A stretch of DNA of 64,000 nt, taken from Eledone cirrhosa (Eukaryota). The translations under genes were made by a program, and so were the position numbers. This document shows positions 37,830 through 50,799 of the stretch, in pieces. The stretch lies in contig OZ024743.1 in NCBI GenBank assembly GCA_964016885.1, positions 167,710,001 through 167,774,000 of the forward strand, given 5' to 3'. The notes beneath the pieces were generated by a model. It did not search any database, was not told the origin of the DNA, and was given only the letters and a program-made list of their open reading frames with translations. How positions within the stretch are numbered: the stretch's first letter is position 1; the number at the start of each line of letters is the position of its first letter.

Positions 37830-40800
37830 TTTGTTCACTGTCGGGGAAGAGGTGGAGATGCCGTAGCCAGAATGCATGTTTGCACATCATCAGCCACGGC
37901 ATGTCCAGCCCTCCGCGTAGTGGGTGTTGACAGCAAATAGACAGCCTGACTATTGGAGCGCGTCCTTTCCTCAAAAAGCGAAAGAGGGAACGCTCCAGCG
38001 CAGTCATGTAAGGCTTAGGACCAGGCAAGATGGTCAGGTGGTAGTAAATGACGGTCACGATGTACGTGTTCGCCACCTCCACTCGACCTTTCAGGGATAA
38101 CTTCCCCTCGACTCCTTTCTGGGTGAAAGAGGCCAAGCAGCTCGTCCCCTCGTCCCAGCTTTTGTCCGTCTGAAGGTCCGGACCGAACCCCCTAGCAATT
38201 TAACCGGTCCTTCCGTCCAGCACCCGACGACGCTGTTGGATGGCATGGACCTGTCTACCCAGGTACCGATTCGCAGGCCCACCGACTTTTCCTGGTTAAT
38301 TGCTCCTGTCACCACCTCGTATTCTCTTAGTGTAGTGCCGATCGCCTAGCTGTGTTTGGCGCTCGACACAATACGGTGACGTCTATGCTGACATGGTTCT
38401 TCTGCATCCCAGTTCACGCAGGACGCCCTTCAACTTCTCCAGTTTGTGCAGTAATGGCTCGAGATTCAATACGTAAAACAGGGACGAGAGGAGACATCCT
38501 TGGCGGATCGAGCGCTTGATGTTGAACGGTTCCGAAAGGTGACCGTTCACTCTCACCACAGAGCAGATGTCACTGTGTATGGCAGCAATCTAGCCTCTGA
38601 AGCTGGGTCCAAAGCCTGCCGCCACCAGGTTTCGATGGTTGACCCTATCGAATGTTTTCGACTGATCTAAATTGATCAAGGCCCTATCCTTGCCAGGTTC
38701 GTTAGCTACCCTCTCCACGATGTATCGCATAAGGTGGAGGTTGTCGTGGATGCATCTGTCTGGAATGGCGTATGTCTGTGCCTCTTTCACCAGACCACCA
38801 ATGACAAGCGCCAACCTCTTTACTAGTACCTTGACAAAAACCTCTGCGTTTAGCAGAATTATGGGCTTGAAATTGTCCCCTTTGTTCGGGTCCTTTCTCA
38901 GCAGCACCACCGCTCCTCAACTCACAGAGCTGGGAATTCTAACGTTCTGCTGTCAGTTGCAGTAGACGTCCGCCAAGAGGTCGCCGAACAAGTCTGGCAT
39001 GTGTACCTAAAGCTCGTAGGGCAGACCATCCAAACTAGGCGATTTACCCATCGTGCAGTCAGTCATTGCCACTCGTAATTCAGTGGCTGTTATCGGCTTT
39101 TTGTAACAATCCGCCTCAGTGGCCGAGAGCCGCAGCAGATCGTCGAGGTAGGCGCTAAAATCCATCCTGTGATCTGACCCACTGCTGCACCAGAACAGCT
39201 GAACGAAGTGCCGCTGAAAAGCCACACATATTTTCCCCGGTTCGAGTAACATGCACTCGTCGTGGTCCTCGAAACACCGGATCGTGGCTTTGTTGCACGA
39301 CGCGCCTCCGCTACTCGGGCCCATTGAACGGCTTTCGTCCCCTCGTGTTTGAGAGCACGCACCCTAGCATGAAAACGCAGCCCCGTGCTTTGTGTTGAAG
39401 AATTGATCGAGAGCCAATCTCACCGCAAGCACTTCGGTCGTGATGCCTTGTCTAGTTTTCTAACTAGTTCTCCCTCTGCTCTATTTTTCTCTATTACTAA
39501 CGCCTTACTAAACCTAATGGTTTCTATTCTAATCGCCCTTTTCTGGCAAACCACCATTTGATGTCGACGACTGCCCCTGTCAACGCCCGCTTAACTAGTT
39601 TGCTAATCCGGTCTCTGTAGGCTTTGACGTAGTCAGCTACGCGTTTAGCTTCCAGTAGCCGGGTCACTGTCTATGTAGCCTATCTAAATCAACCACACAG
39701 ATCATGTATTTATGGTCCGTGTAGTCGACTATCTTGAATTGTGGACAACTTATGCTAGAACTCTCTACTTCTTTACAAAATACTCTATCTAGATACTATC
39801 TGGATGTCCCGATGCGGTTTGTCCATGTCCAGACAGTTGGAAAAGTTTGAGCAAGATTGCGAGGTTTTTACACCTTCCTCCCTTATCTGCTAATCCCACA
39901 CAGTCCCAGCGTGTATCCAAGATCCTGTTCCAATCGCCCACTAACATTAAAGAGTGGGGCGTTCCTAGGAAGGACTCCAGTCGCCTGAAGAAATCAGGCC
40001 ATCCTGCCCCTGTCGGGTCATAAACAGCCACTAGCCTAAAAGCATAGCCTTCGTTGCTGGTCACGTCCAGCACCACTGATTTACATTATGGGTCCAGGGA
40101 GATGGTCCGTATCACGAGATCCAGGCCTCTCCAAAACAACACAGCGACTGCACATCCTGATCCGGCTTGGAGATGCGTATACATTGTAACCACCGAAACG
40201 GGTGCGAAGGCATGTGCTTCGGAAATTCTAGTTTCCCTGATGGCACATGGCATCTATGCTCATTGACCTGAGGTCGTTGAGCAGGTGACCCTGCTTCGAT
40301 GACAACCCCAGTCCACGTGCATTTATACTGCCTATTCTGAGTAAGTTCCTATTGGGTGAGGAATATGATAGGTGAGACAGGATCACTTACTCTGTTTGCG
40401 TAGAGAAGGGGCAGTTGAATCGTCCCTTCGGATGGTCGTGGGCACCTCCTTGAGAATATGAGTGCATATTCTTTTTGTCAGCGACCCTCTGACATCCCAA
40501 ACACAGTTCGGGGATTTACTTTTAAAATATTTTTATTGTTCTAAATCTAGTTCAATTACTTGGCAGTTTTAGGACATACTTTATGGTGTTGGTGATGTGT
40601 AGTAGTTGCTGTCTGTAATGCTTGTGTGTAATTTTATGTTTCATCAAACCTTTATTGTCTGCGTTTATGGCAGTGTGTTTTTTTATTAGGGAGGGGTTTT
40701 GTTTTCCGGTTGTTTTTTGTTGCTGTTGTTGGGAGAGTGTGCTTTGTTGTGTTATGATGCTGGTGTTAGTGGTGTCGTTATTGTTGGTGGTGATGGTGGT

Positions 40801-43080
40801 GTTAGTGGTGTTTGTGATGTTGGTGGTTGTGCTGCTGCTGCAAGTCACCTTGTAGCTTTTGCTTTTTTTATTACTTTCCTCGATTTTGGAGCGTGAAGCT
40901 GCACTGTTTCATCGTTTGTTTTTGTTGCAGACCGTTTTCCATTCCTCTGCCGCCTCACACTCCATGTCCGACTGTGAGAGGTAGGGGAGGGGTATGAATT
41001 CAATCCTTTCAATTGTTGTTGTTGTTGGTGGTGGTGTTGGAGCCTGGTCTGACGTTCTTGGCACATGTGCAGCTAGTGCGACTGTTTCTGTTGTTGCAAC
41101 TGCAGCTGTTTTTATTGTCGATAGCCTTGGTATGGGTGCCATGGACGTTGCCCTCCTACTCACCGTGGAAAGTCCCGATGTCCTCGCTGCCTGCCCTGTT
41201 TCTGATGGCAGCGGTTCCAGTGTTGGAAGGAGGGTTCTTTCGTCTTTATTATTTTCTGTGGGCAGAAGGCCCTGAGGTGAGACTTAGATCCACAGTTGTA
41301 GCACTTTGGGTGCCTTCCTTCCACAGATGTGGGAAGTTGGTAGCCATTCCCGATGTCTATTACGTCAGGAATAGCGCCGATGAAGTCCTGGTCGGTTTGT
41401 ATGAGCATCTCCATTCAAATACCGGACCAGTCCTCTGTCCCCATCTTTTGTATTTGCAGAATGGTCGTTCTGTCTTCGATGCCCGCAAGGACAGTTACGA
41501 CCAGCCAAGGCACGGGTACGTAGTATGGGACCTGGGTCACCCTGACCGTTGCAATTTTTTTCGCAGCAGTAAAATTGCACTAATAATATTTCCTCACTCC
41601 TTAGGGTTGTCAAAAAGTGAGATTTTGCTTCCTGGGTGGTGGCAAAAAGGACGTCCACAGAGGCATACTTCTTGCCTCGGGCGATGTGGGTTTTCCGTGC
41701 CCACACATTCCCCAAGGCCTTTTGTATTTGAGCCTCCATGGATCTCTCCACACGACGCGATTTCGTGTCAATTGTGCGGTATGACACTGTGCGTCGATCT
41801 TGCTACTCCATGAAATCGGCTGGAGGTTTCAGGGCGACTGAAATTTCAGTTCTGGTTACCATGTACCTTGCGACCGCCATCTTCTCCTCTGTGACCAGGA
41901 CTGTCTCTACATTGCGTGCCACCCCCGCAAAAGAGATGGGCCTTTTCCTCTCTGCGGCATTGTTGTTTACTGCTGTTATTGTTGCTTCCGTTCTTGTTGT
42001 TGTTGTTGCTGTTGCTGTGGTGTCATTGTTGTCTTTGTTGTCGTTCTTGCTGTTGTCCTTATTGTAGTTGTTGTTGGTGTGTTTTTACTGTTGTTGGTGT
42101 TGTTGTTGGTACTGTCATTGTTGTTGCTGTTGTTGGTGTTGTCATTTTTGTTTATATTAGTCTTCTCACTGTTGTTAGTGTTGTTGTTGTTTGTGGTGCT
42201 GGTATTGGTGATATTGCTTGATGTGTTGTTACATTTTAAAATTGTTACTTGGTTGGGGTAGTCCGTTATTGGTAGTTAACATTTGTTGGGTTGGTATACC
42301 TGAATCACCTAGCCGAGAAGGTTCTGTTTCTGGCGTGTCGTGTCGGCATCTCAGCAATATTTCAGAATTCAGATTCACTGGTTTTTTTAATTTGGTGATC
42401 TCTACGGCTTCGACACCGGAGATTGAGGTGTTGCGTGTTTGACCAAACTCCAGTACAATCTGAACCCGGTTTGCGAGTCCTTGAGCCTCCATACAAAGTT
42501 CACCAGTCTGGTGCACGATCGCTTGTTCCTGACATTGAAAGTGCTCTTGTCATTGTAGTAACGGGCCTTGAATGTTGTGGATGTGGCCCCGATGTATGTG
42601 TGACTAGAATTATGGGTTTCGACCTCACATTTCTAGATTATGTTTTTAGCCAGACAATTATTTTGTAGGTAGCATTGGTTTCTGTCTCAGCAATTACATG
42701 TTTGTGCTGCCGTTTTGTTGTTATGTCCGCAGTTCGTGTTGGTGATATCCCCTGAGGATGAACGCGGTGTGGGGTTCGATCTGCCGTTCAGTTCTGTGTT
42801 TTTGTTTAGGCTGTGTCAGATTTCCCCTTGGCGTTTAGGTTGTGTCCGTTGGTTGAGGTCCTTATTTCCCTGGTGTTTATAGAGGCTATTATTTGTTCCA
42901 GGTTGAGTGTTGTTGGGTACGAGAACTTCACCGTGTGTCGGTTAAATATTTTATGGCACCTCTATAAGAGAGTAGGGAATGCACTGTCCTGATAACGGCT
43001 AGAGCCAGAAACACGTTAGCAGTTGACCCCGCTACTTCTGATAGAATCCGTTAGACGGTGCGAGCCGTCAGCTTTTCAAT
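37830..43080 (-). mobile_element. L1/Tx1-type LINE: 5' UTR, ORF1 and ORF2 up to the thumb region, 3'-truncated and decayed
   Basis: ORF1 KSRRVERSMEAQIQKALG and CYNCGSKSHLRAFCP knuckle; ORF2 FRLVAVY, VGDWN, DQSKTFDRV, INQEKSVGL, KLSLKGRVEVAN. Confidence 0.9.
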
Positions 43081-43169
43081 ATTCATAGTTAGAAGGCTTT
43101 CCAAGTGTGTTTATTCGTAAACATACCGTATATCATTAGATATACGACATTCACATACTTATATATATA

Positions 43170-45987
43170 TATATATATTTGTTTTGCGAGGATTTTGATA
43201 TGAAATCGTGTGTCGAAACAGATATTGTTATACTTGGGTAGGGTCATATTGTTGTAATAATATTGCCAGAAATAATAATAGAACACACAGATATACTAAG
43301 AGATAAAGCAGACTAGAGATCCAACAACTTGGAAGGAAACCTGTAGAAGGCTTAGGTAGCCTCAAGCAGCGCACAAGGGATGGTGAGGTAGTGTGTTTAC
43401 CCACAGATAAATCTGGTAGGATGTCGATAGACAGCATGCCAAACTACATCAAGGCTATGCAACCCCACATCACCAACACGGGCGAAATTACCCAACAAAC
43501 ACATGAGGGGAGATAGAAGATCCTCAACGCTCACATGATGATGTGGACCGATATCCTAAAGCCAAGCAGACGCACTGCCAACAACATCCAGGCGTCTAAC
43601 AATGACATACCACCCTTGTATGGGCTCCGCAAAGACCATAAGACAGTCGACGACCCGACGACAGGACCACCAACAAGACCTGTATGCGGAGCCAATATCG
43701 CTAGCAACTACAGGATCTCCTACTTCCTCTCAATGGTTATACACCCCATAATCAAGATGTCCCCAGATGTATGTGACAGTACAGAGGACCTCCTCAGCAG
43801 AATCAATAGGTGCAAAAAAAAACAAAAACCTATTCAACTGCATAATAGGCAGTATGGACGTGGTATCACTATACCCATCCATTTACATTGATTTTGCTGT
43901 GGAAAATGTGTGGAGATAATCATTGAGAGTGAGGTGGAGTTCTGCGACGTCGACACAGAGGAACTGGGCCTCCTACTTAGACTTACCTACGACACCGATT
44001 ACCTAGACAGCCATGACCTTAGCCTTTTCTGCCCTAGTATACCCATAAGAGATAGACCCCCCCACCATAACCTCAATGGCAAAAAAGACTCCCATGGGAA
44101 GGTGGATTGGGTGGACCAAAGCTATACGGACACCCCAAAACAATGATCAGGTAAGAAAAATGGTCGCGCATGCAATAGGGGCTAGTATTAAAACTACCCT
44201 AAAGGGCCATATATTCAAATTCAACGAAAAGATCTACACCCAAAATGAGGGACCAGCCATTGGCGTCAGCATAGCTGGTGATGTTGCCAACCTTTTTATG
44301 GTATGGTGGGCAAGGAGACTCAAAGATCTTCTTGAAGAGAGCTCCATAGTCCTCATCATGTACTCTCGTTCCGTAGACGATACTAATATAGTAATAAGGA
44401 CCCCCTCCCCACAAAAGAGTACTAATGAATATGATTTAGAATGTAGGACAATGGAAAGCATCCAGCAGATAGCTAACCCCATACACCAGAGCATAACTGT
44501 AACTATTGACTACCCTTCCAAACATCCTAACAATAGACTACCTGTATTAGACACAGAACTCTGGATTAACACTATAGACGAGAGGGCCCAAATTCTCTAC
44601 TCACACTACGCCTCCAAATACCTGATACTAAAAAACACAGCAATGTCCAGTAGTGCTAAGTTTAATATTCTGATCACAGACTTGGTACGAGTGATGAAGA
44701 ACGTGTCCCGCATGTGCGACCCAACAGAAATGGAAAGATACATCCAACACTTCTCAGGCTACAACCAAAGAGACAGTATACGAAGGAGCGACGGAGAAGT
44801 ATAAGACCCTCATAGAACTGGACATGAAAGGAATGGGCCCATTATACAGGAGCAAATCATGGAATAGCTTAGCTAGGACTAAACATAAGATAGGGAAAGC
44901 AACTTCATGGTACGACCAGAGATACCAGAGTGTCATGTTCGTGGACGCTACCCCTGGAGGGGGTAGCGTCGTAGAAGCAATCAATGTAGAAAGGCCCTGA
45001 GAAAGACCCATTTAAAGATTAAAGTGGTAGAAAAGCGAGGAACTACCATAATCAGAAAATCCCTGATCAGCGAAACATACCCTTTTAAGAAAACCCACTG
45101 TACTAATAAGAAATGTGTTATATGTAAAGTAACCTCCCAGATAAACTGTAAAACTAGAAATGTAGTCTATAGCATAAGATTTACAGAGGGTACTTGCAGA
45201 AACATGACAACAACATACATAGGCGAGACAGATCGAAGCATAGGAGAAAGAATAGACCAACACTGGGGGGAATTAAAAGGACAAAACAAAACGGTTCAGT
45301 ACTATACGAACATGCCAGACAACAACCTGACGGTAACATAGACAACATAGAAATTAAAATAATATCTAAACATAGAAATGACCCAACAGGTAGGCAAATC
45401 AGAGAGGCAAGCGAAATAGAGCTTAGAAAGCCAAAGCTAAACAAAAAAAAAATGAATGGAATAACAATAACACCCAAACAAACTATACTGACTTAAGAGA
45501 AATCTAAATAAATAAATAAATAAATAAATATATACACAAGCACAATAACAACAAACACATATAAACACACACTAATAAAATAAGATAGAATACAATAGCC
45601 AGAACACAGTCACCCAAACGCGAACACTCACACAAAACTCTATACACACACGCAAACGCATGCGCAGAGAAGAAGTACAAAATAAATAAATAAATAAACA
45701 GATAAAATAAAAATGGCGTAGGCATACAATACAACAGGAGGAAACATAATAGTACAACTGATGGTGTTGCAGATGTGCAACGAAAGAACTTTGTTAGACT
45801 ATATATATATGTATTTATATCTGTATTTTTGACCGTTGGTCAATCAATGATAAACATTGATTGCCGAATGAATTAACTATGGAGATATAAAAGATACAGA
45901 AGTGAAAACCTACAAAACAGTGAGTGTGTTCTGTTATTATTTCTGGCAATATTATTACAACAATAAAATATGACCCTCCCCAAGTAT

Positions 45988-45990
<3 letters not shown>
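43170..45990 (+). mobile_element. Penelope-like element (RT + GIY-YIG), decayed, with a short inverted terminal segment
   Basis: PPLYGLRKDHK, PTRPVCGA, SMDVVSLYPSI, YTQNEGPAIG, YSRSVDDT, LPVLDTELW, NVVYSI..TYIGETDRSIGERIDQH. Hammerhead-like CTGATGG..GTTGCA/TGCAAC-GAAA at about 45757-45790. 43230-43288 is the reverse complement of 45924-45986. Confidence 0.88.
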
Positions 45991-46027
<37 letters not shown>

Positions 46028-46028
<1 letters not shown>

Positions 46029-47250
46029 ACTAGAGATTGATTAACATAAATATACAAGAATAATCACAGGAGATAATTCTTGCTTGCGTGTAACCACGCA
46101 TAGCTAGTATAGGTAATATTTACCTTTAAGTGTGAGTAACCTTTGCTTGTATATATCCCATTAAAGAAATATATTTCACCAATTAATCAGATGGTAAGTC
46201 ACGGAAAGTGGATATTATTGGATTGTCAACAAGGAAAGTAATAATTTCCAGCTATTCGTGCTTACAGAGCGAGATCAAATCTTCAACTAGCCGTCACCAC
46301 GTGTTGCGTCCACACAAGATAGCGGTTTCGTTTCAGTGGCGTGAAAAGGTATTCGACAACTAGAATAGCAGTCAAATTCTTTTCAATAGAAATAGCTCTA
46401 CAATTAAGGAGCCGTATATATATATATCTAAGTCCAAAATTAAGATAAATGAATTAAATGAATTTAATCTAAATCGAAATCATGGGTATCATGACATAAT
46501 GCATGCGCCATATATCCTGGGAATTTAAGCTCAAAGATAAATAAATCTGAGCATATTATAATAACTAGAGATTGATTAACATATAAATATACATGAATAA
46601 TCACAGGAGATAATTTTTGCTTGCGTGTAACCGATAATGTGAGGCTCTAGTTCAGTCGCAACCAGACGCGTCACATTGCACAAACCTGGCTGATCCAGGT
46701 TTCTGAGAAGCATGGTGAATATGCCCGTCTTCAATTCAAGATTGTGTGGCAATCCGGAGAGTTCCAAATTGTTGAGGAATTCAACGGAATAATAGATAGC
46801 AACTGGAACGTCGACAACTTTGTCGATAGATTTGTAGATCTGGCTACCTCCAGTGACCATTTGTGAGAGATTTGTTGATGGCTTTCACTGTGATGTTTTT
46901 GGGGGAAATGATTGTTCTCTCACACAGCCACTCATTATTGGAATGGTAGATTTGTAATTTGGGGAACACTTAATTAATTAAGCTTACAACACTTTCCACA
47001 ACAGTACAAATTGATGAAGGATCAAAACATCCTTCAGTATCGAGAGATTGATTTTCTATGAATTTAAAAGGCTGAGAGGTGCTTATCCGAACTCCGAGTG
47101 TCCTCATCCCTTCCCAGTGCGAAAAACAAAAGCGGTAAGGGATGAGGACGCTCGGAGTTCGGATAAGCACCTCTCAGCCTTTTAAATTCATAGAAAATCA
47201 ATCTCTCGATACTGAAGGATGTTTTGATCCTTTTCGGAAAAGAATGCGAT
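46028..47250 (-). mobile_element. Rearranged Helitron fragments (helicase remnant 46635-47010, duplicated ~70-bp segment, fold-back)
   Basis: IYKSIDKV..YSVEFLNNLELSGLPHNLELKTG..LLRNLDQPGLCN. 46028-46095 is repeated at 46563-46632. A hairpin GCGTG/CACGC plus CTAG lies at about 46086-46108. Confidence 0.75.
47017..47232. repeat. Near-perfect palindrome with 96-bp arms and a 24-nt spacer
   Basis: 47017-47112 versus 47137-47232; one mismatch seen. Confidence 0.95.
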
Positions 47251-47299
47251 TGCAAGCATGTCGGAGGTCAAATTATTTGACCTAAAATCTATATTCCAT

Positions 47300-47802
47300 A
47301 CAATTAAACAAGCTTCTGTTATGGTTTGGAGGGGGGGGGGGCTGTTTCGTCATCTTGGAAGTCTCCTCTCATTTTTATGGAAGAAAGGACAAAAATCAGC
47401 TCCCAATCTTACATAAACGGTATATTGCTTCTCCAACTAATCATTGTGGCAATAATTATTTGTGGACCTCCCAACAGGATGGAGCCATCTCCCATACAGC
47501 AAATATCACTCAAGCTTGGTGCAGAGATCATCTTCCGAAGTTCTAGTCAAAAGAAATGTGGCCTCCTTATTCACCTGATGGACGCTAGAAATTCCCCAAG
47601 AAATGTTGCATGCTTCAGTGAAAGGTGTTCGACGGAGGTTAGAGGCTGTTATAGCTGCATGAAGGGCTCATTTTGAATAAACTCTGTACATTATATTCTA
47701 AAGATATTTATGTATAATTACACATATGTTGCTGGTCAATACAGTTAGCAGTTTTGGTAGTAAGAGAACTTTTATTTGCTTCCAAACTTATGCTCCACAC
47801 TG
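47300..47802 (+). mobile_element. Tc1/mariner-superfamily transposase 3' remnant with right TIR
   Basis: SVMVWG, QQDGAISHTA, WPPYSPD, RRRLEAVIAA..HFE; ends CCAAACTTATGCTCCACACTG|TA. Confidence 0.85.
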
Positions 47803-47874
47803 TATGTATATGAATATAAGTATGCGTTTACACACACACACGCACACGCGCATATATATATATGTACTTCGTTT

Positions 47875-48735
47875 TTTAAATGTTTTGAAAGATTTCTTAA
47901 CTGAAAACGTGTGTTGAAACAGATATTGTTATACTTTGGGAGAGTAATGCTGCCAATAAAGACACACGCACCTCTTGGTTTTCACTTCAATTTATAATAA
48001 ACTTCCAGTTGGTTGGTTGGTTCGATAACCGGATGGTTGTTTATATATTGCCAAAGGTATTTTGTCACACATTCTGTGACCTCCTCAGTGACTGGGTTTT
48101 TATTTTGTGTCTCTCCTTTGTTCTGTCCTACACTATCTTCTTTTTGTGAGTTGTGTGCTTAGCTTGCGCATGTGTTACATCCGAGTGTGTGTGTTTATTT
48201 ATTTATGCGTTTATTTACTTGTCACTAGTTGTTTGTTTGTTCTATCTGTATGTGATTGGTTTGTTTTGTTAGTTTGGTTTTTGTGTGTATCTGTATGTCT
48301 TCATTTTGTCCTTAATTACTAGTTGTTATGCTGCTATTCCACCCATGTTTTCTGTTTAATTTTGGTTGGAGTTCGTTTATATTTGTCGCCTTTGTAATTT
48401 GTCTGAGCATTGCATCTTTTCTGTGTGTGGATATAATGTATATCTCTATGTTCTCTAATGTGCCCTTATGTTCTATTTAAGTATGTTGGTGGAGTACTAA
48501 TGAGTTTTTCTCTTAGAGTTCTCGACAGTGTTCACGTATCCTTGCTCCTATGCTACGGGCTGTTTCAACTATGTATGTTATGTTCTTATTCCTACACTGT
48601 CCCTCAAACTATCTTATGCTATATACTACGTTTCTAGTTTTGCAGTTAGTTTGCGGGTTTAGCGTGCAGACTATGCATTTAATTAGGGTTTCTGTGGGAA
48701 TACTTGGTCTTTCAACTATTTTAATGCCCCACGTA
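47875..48735 (-). mobile_element. Penelope-like 3' fragment related to the 43-46 kb element
   Basis: Minus strand NCKTRNVVYSIR..TYIVETARSIGARIREH. Hammerhead-like CTGAGGA-GTCACA/TGTGAC at 48050-48097. The terminal segment matches 43170-43290. Confidence 0.8.
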
Positions 48736-49093
48736 TAGGAACAAATTTAGTGCATACTCTAAACAATATTGTTATGGAAACAACAATATTTGATATCTTA
48801 TAACATATTACATAGGACTAGGCAGAGAAATAGAGAGGTATCAAACAATCAAGTATTTAATAGATAAACAAAATATTACATTAAAATTATGCTGAATTTA
48901 GACTTTTACCAAAGATTTAGGAAATCTAGGAACGCTGAATTTAGGGTATATTCTATGAAGCATTTAGCAAATGATGCGATATATACCGTGGTTATCCATT
49001 TTAAAGCAATGTATGCAGTGTTTCACTTGAACAATATACAGGTATTTGAGAGTAAAAATGAATGTTTCTATACATGATAATTGCTAAGATAAT

Positions 49094-49269
49094 GTTTCTA
49101 CTTTTGGCACAAGGCCAGCAATTACTCCAGTGCATTACTTGTGCTTTATTTTATCGGCCCCGTAAGGATGAAAAGCAAAGCTAATCACGGCGGAATTTGA
49201 ACTCATAACGTAAAGGGTCACAACTCTATGCTGTAAAGCATGGTGTCTGACTCTTTACCGATACTATCA
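49094..49269 (-). mobile_element. Meta-SINE (older copy) with short TSD
   Basis: Reverse complement of the SINE consensus; AAGATAAT at 49086 and 49270. Confidence 0.88.
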
Positions 49270-49689
49270 AAGATAATGCAATCATTTTCGGAGCATAATT
49301 GACATTTAAAACCAATATGCAATCACGCTCCATTACATAGAAATCTAATCGAAATTCCTTTTGCATAACCCTACACCTATTTTATAGCACAAGCAACACA
49401 TTAATAAATGTTAATATTCACGTCCTCATTAAAAAACAAAAAAAAATTAGAAGAATATAGTTGAGTATCGTTGTATATTCAAAAGATGCTACATTGTTGT
49501 TATAGCTTGAAAGCAGTATAGAATTTTACATTAGTCCAATGAACGAAATACTCTACTCATGATATTAGCACAGAAATCCACAAACTCGTATACACTTAAT
49601 GTAATTCTCAGGGAAATTCAACGTGCCATAGAATGAATAACAAAGCTGACCCTTTGAGTTACATGTACATTCCATCCGACGGACATATA

Positions 49690-49860
49690 AACAGTTTCCG
49701 TCTACCCAATTTCACTCATAAATTAGGGGTTCTCCTGGAACTGTCCAAAAAACTATGGGGCTGTAGTGAATGATACATGCGCAACATACAGCGTAGAGTG
49801 ATCAAAATCTAGACCTAATAATTGCGAAGCGAATTTCTTAAGAATTCGACCATACTGTTC
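49690..49860 (-). mobile_element. Decayed tRNA-SINE of a different (CORE-like) family
   Basis: CAGTTTCCGTCTACCCAATTTCACTCA...GGGGCTGTAGTGAATGATAC..., recognised from memory as resembling octopus SINEs. Confidence 0.45.
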
Positions 49861-50527
49861 CCATAATGTTACAATTTTTGGTTATTTATATTCATTTTTA
49901 TACTAAAGGTAGACATTGACCTGATGCAAGCGTTTGGCTTACGGATTGGGTTTTCAGCAGGCTATGTACCACTCAAGTGAGTCAATGAAACCAGTTCGCT
50001 ATTATGGATAAAACATCTACCTACTTGATGACAAACCAACCGAAACGTACTATGGATGTAGATATTGAAATATTATAGTGTGTGAAAAATATAAAATTAT
50101 GTATATGCAGTGAAATAGAGAATGAGAAAACAGGTTATAACGTTCGTACTTATTTACTTCTAACGTTGACACGAGGAATTATTCATAGCGAAAAGCTAGA
50201 GTTGATTTCAATACCAGCGATACCATTATCCAGGATTTAAAGAAACATTATTTCAAGATTTGACGTTCCGTTCCACACTGTCTCTTTGAAAGTAGAATGA
50301 AGCGATTTAAAGAAGCACTATTTCAATCCTGTACATTATCTAATGCTTCAGAGTGAACAGATAGAACTAAAGAAGAAGAAGAATCATATAACTGATATTC
50401 AGTTTATTGACTCTAAAAGTTAACACCGGCCAAATTTGAATTCAGAGCGTAAAGAAGTAGAAGTAAATAGCGAAAAGCTATTTACCTCGACATTCTGTGT
50501 CTGTCACTGGGCAGCCTTCTTTGACAC

Positions 50528-50606
50528 TCAATATTATTATTTCATGTAATATCAATATTATTATTTCATGTAATATCAATATTATTATTTCATGTAATAT
50601 CAATAT
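50528..50606. repeat. 24-bp tandem repeat, about three copies (TCAATATTATTATTTCATGTAATA)
   Basis: Seen directly. Confidence 0.95.
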
Positions 50607-50799
50607 TGACAGCAATAGCGTTGAACGAATTACATTTTTGAAATCCATGATTGGTATGCCATATATACGAGGTTTTACCGTATATAAGGAGTCATATAAA
50701 CTGGAAAACTTGCATGTTGATGAATATATAGTTTGCATTAGAAAAACCTTACAGTCAATGTTTATTGCTGATACGTGGAAGTGATTAAAGATAAGATAT

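Noticed and set aside
43185-43232. Hammerhead-like ...GTCGAAACAGATATTGTT
   Set aside because: No CTGANGA-like core in any of the copies, and it is antisense to the element's 3' terminus.
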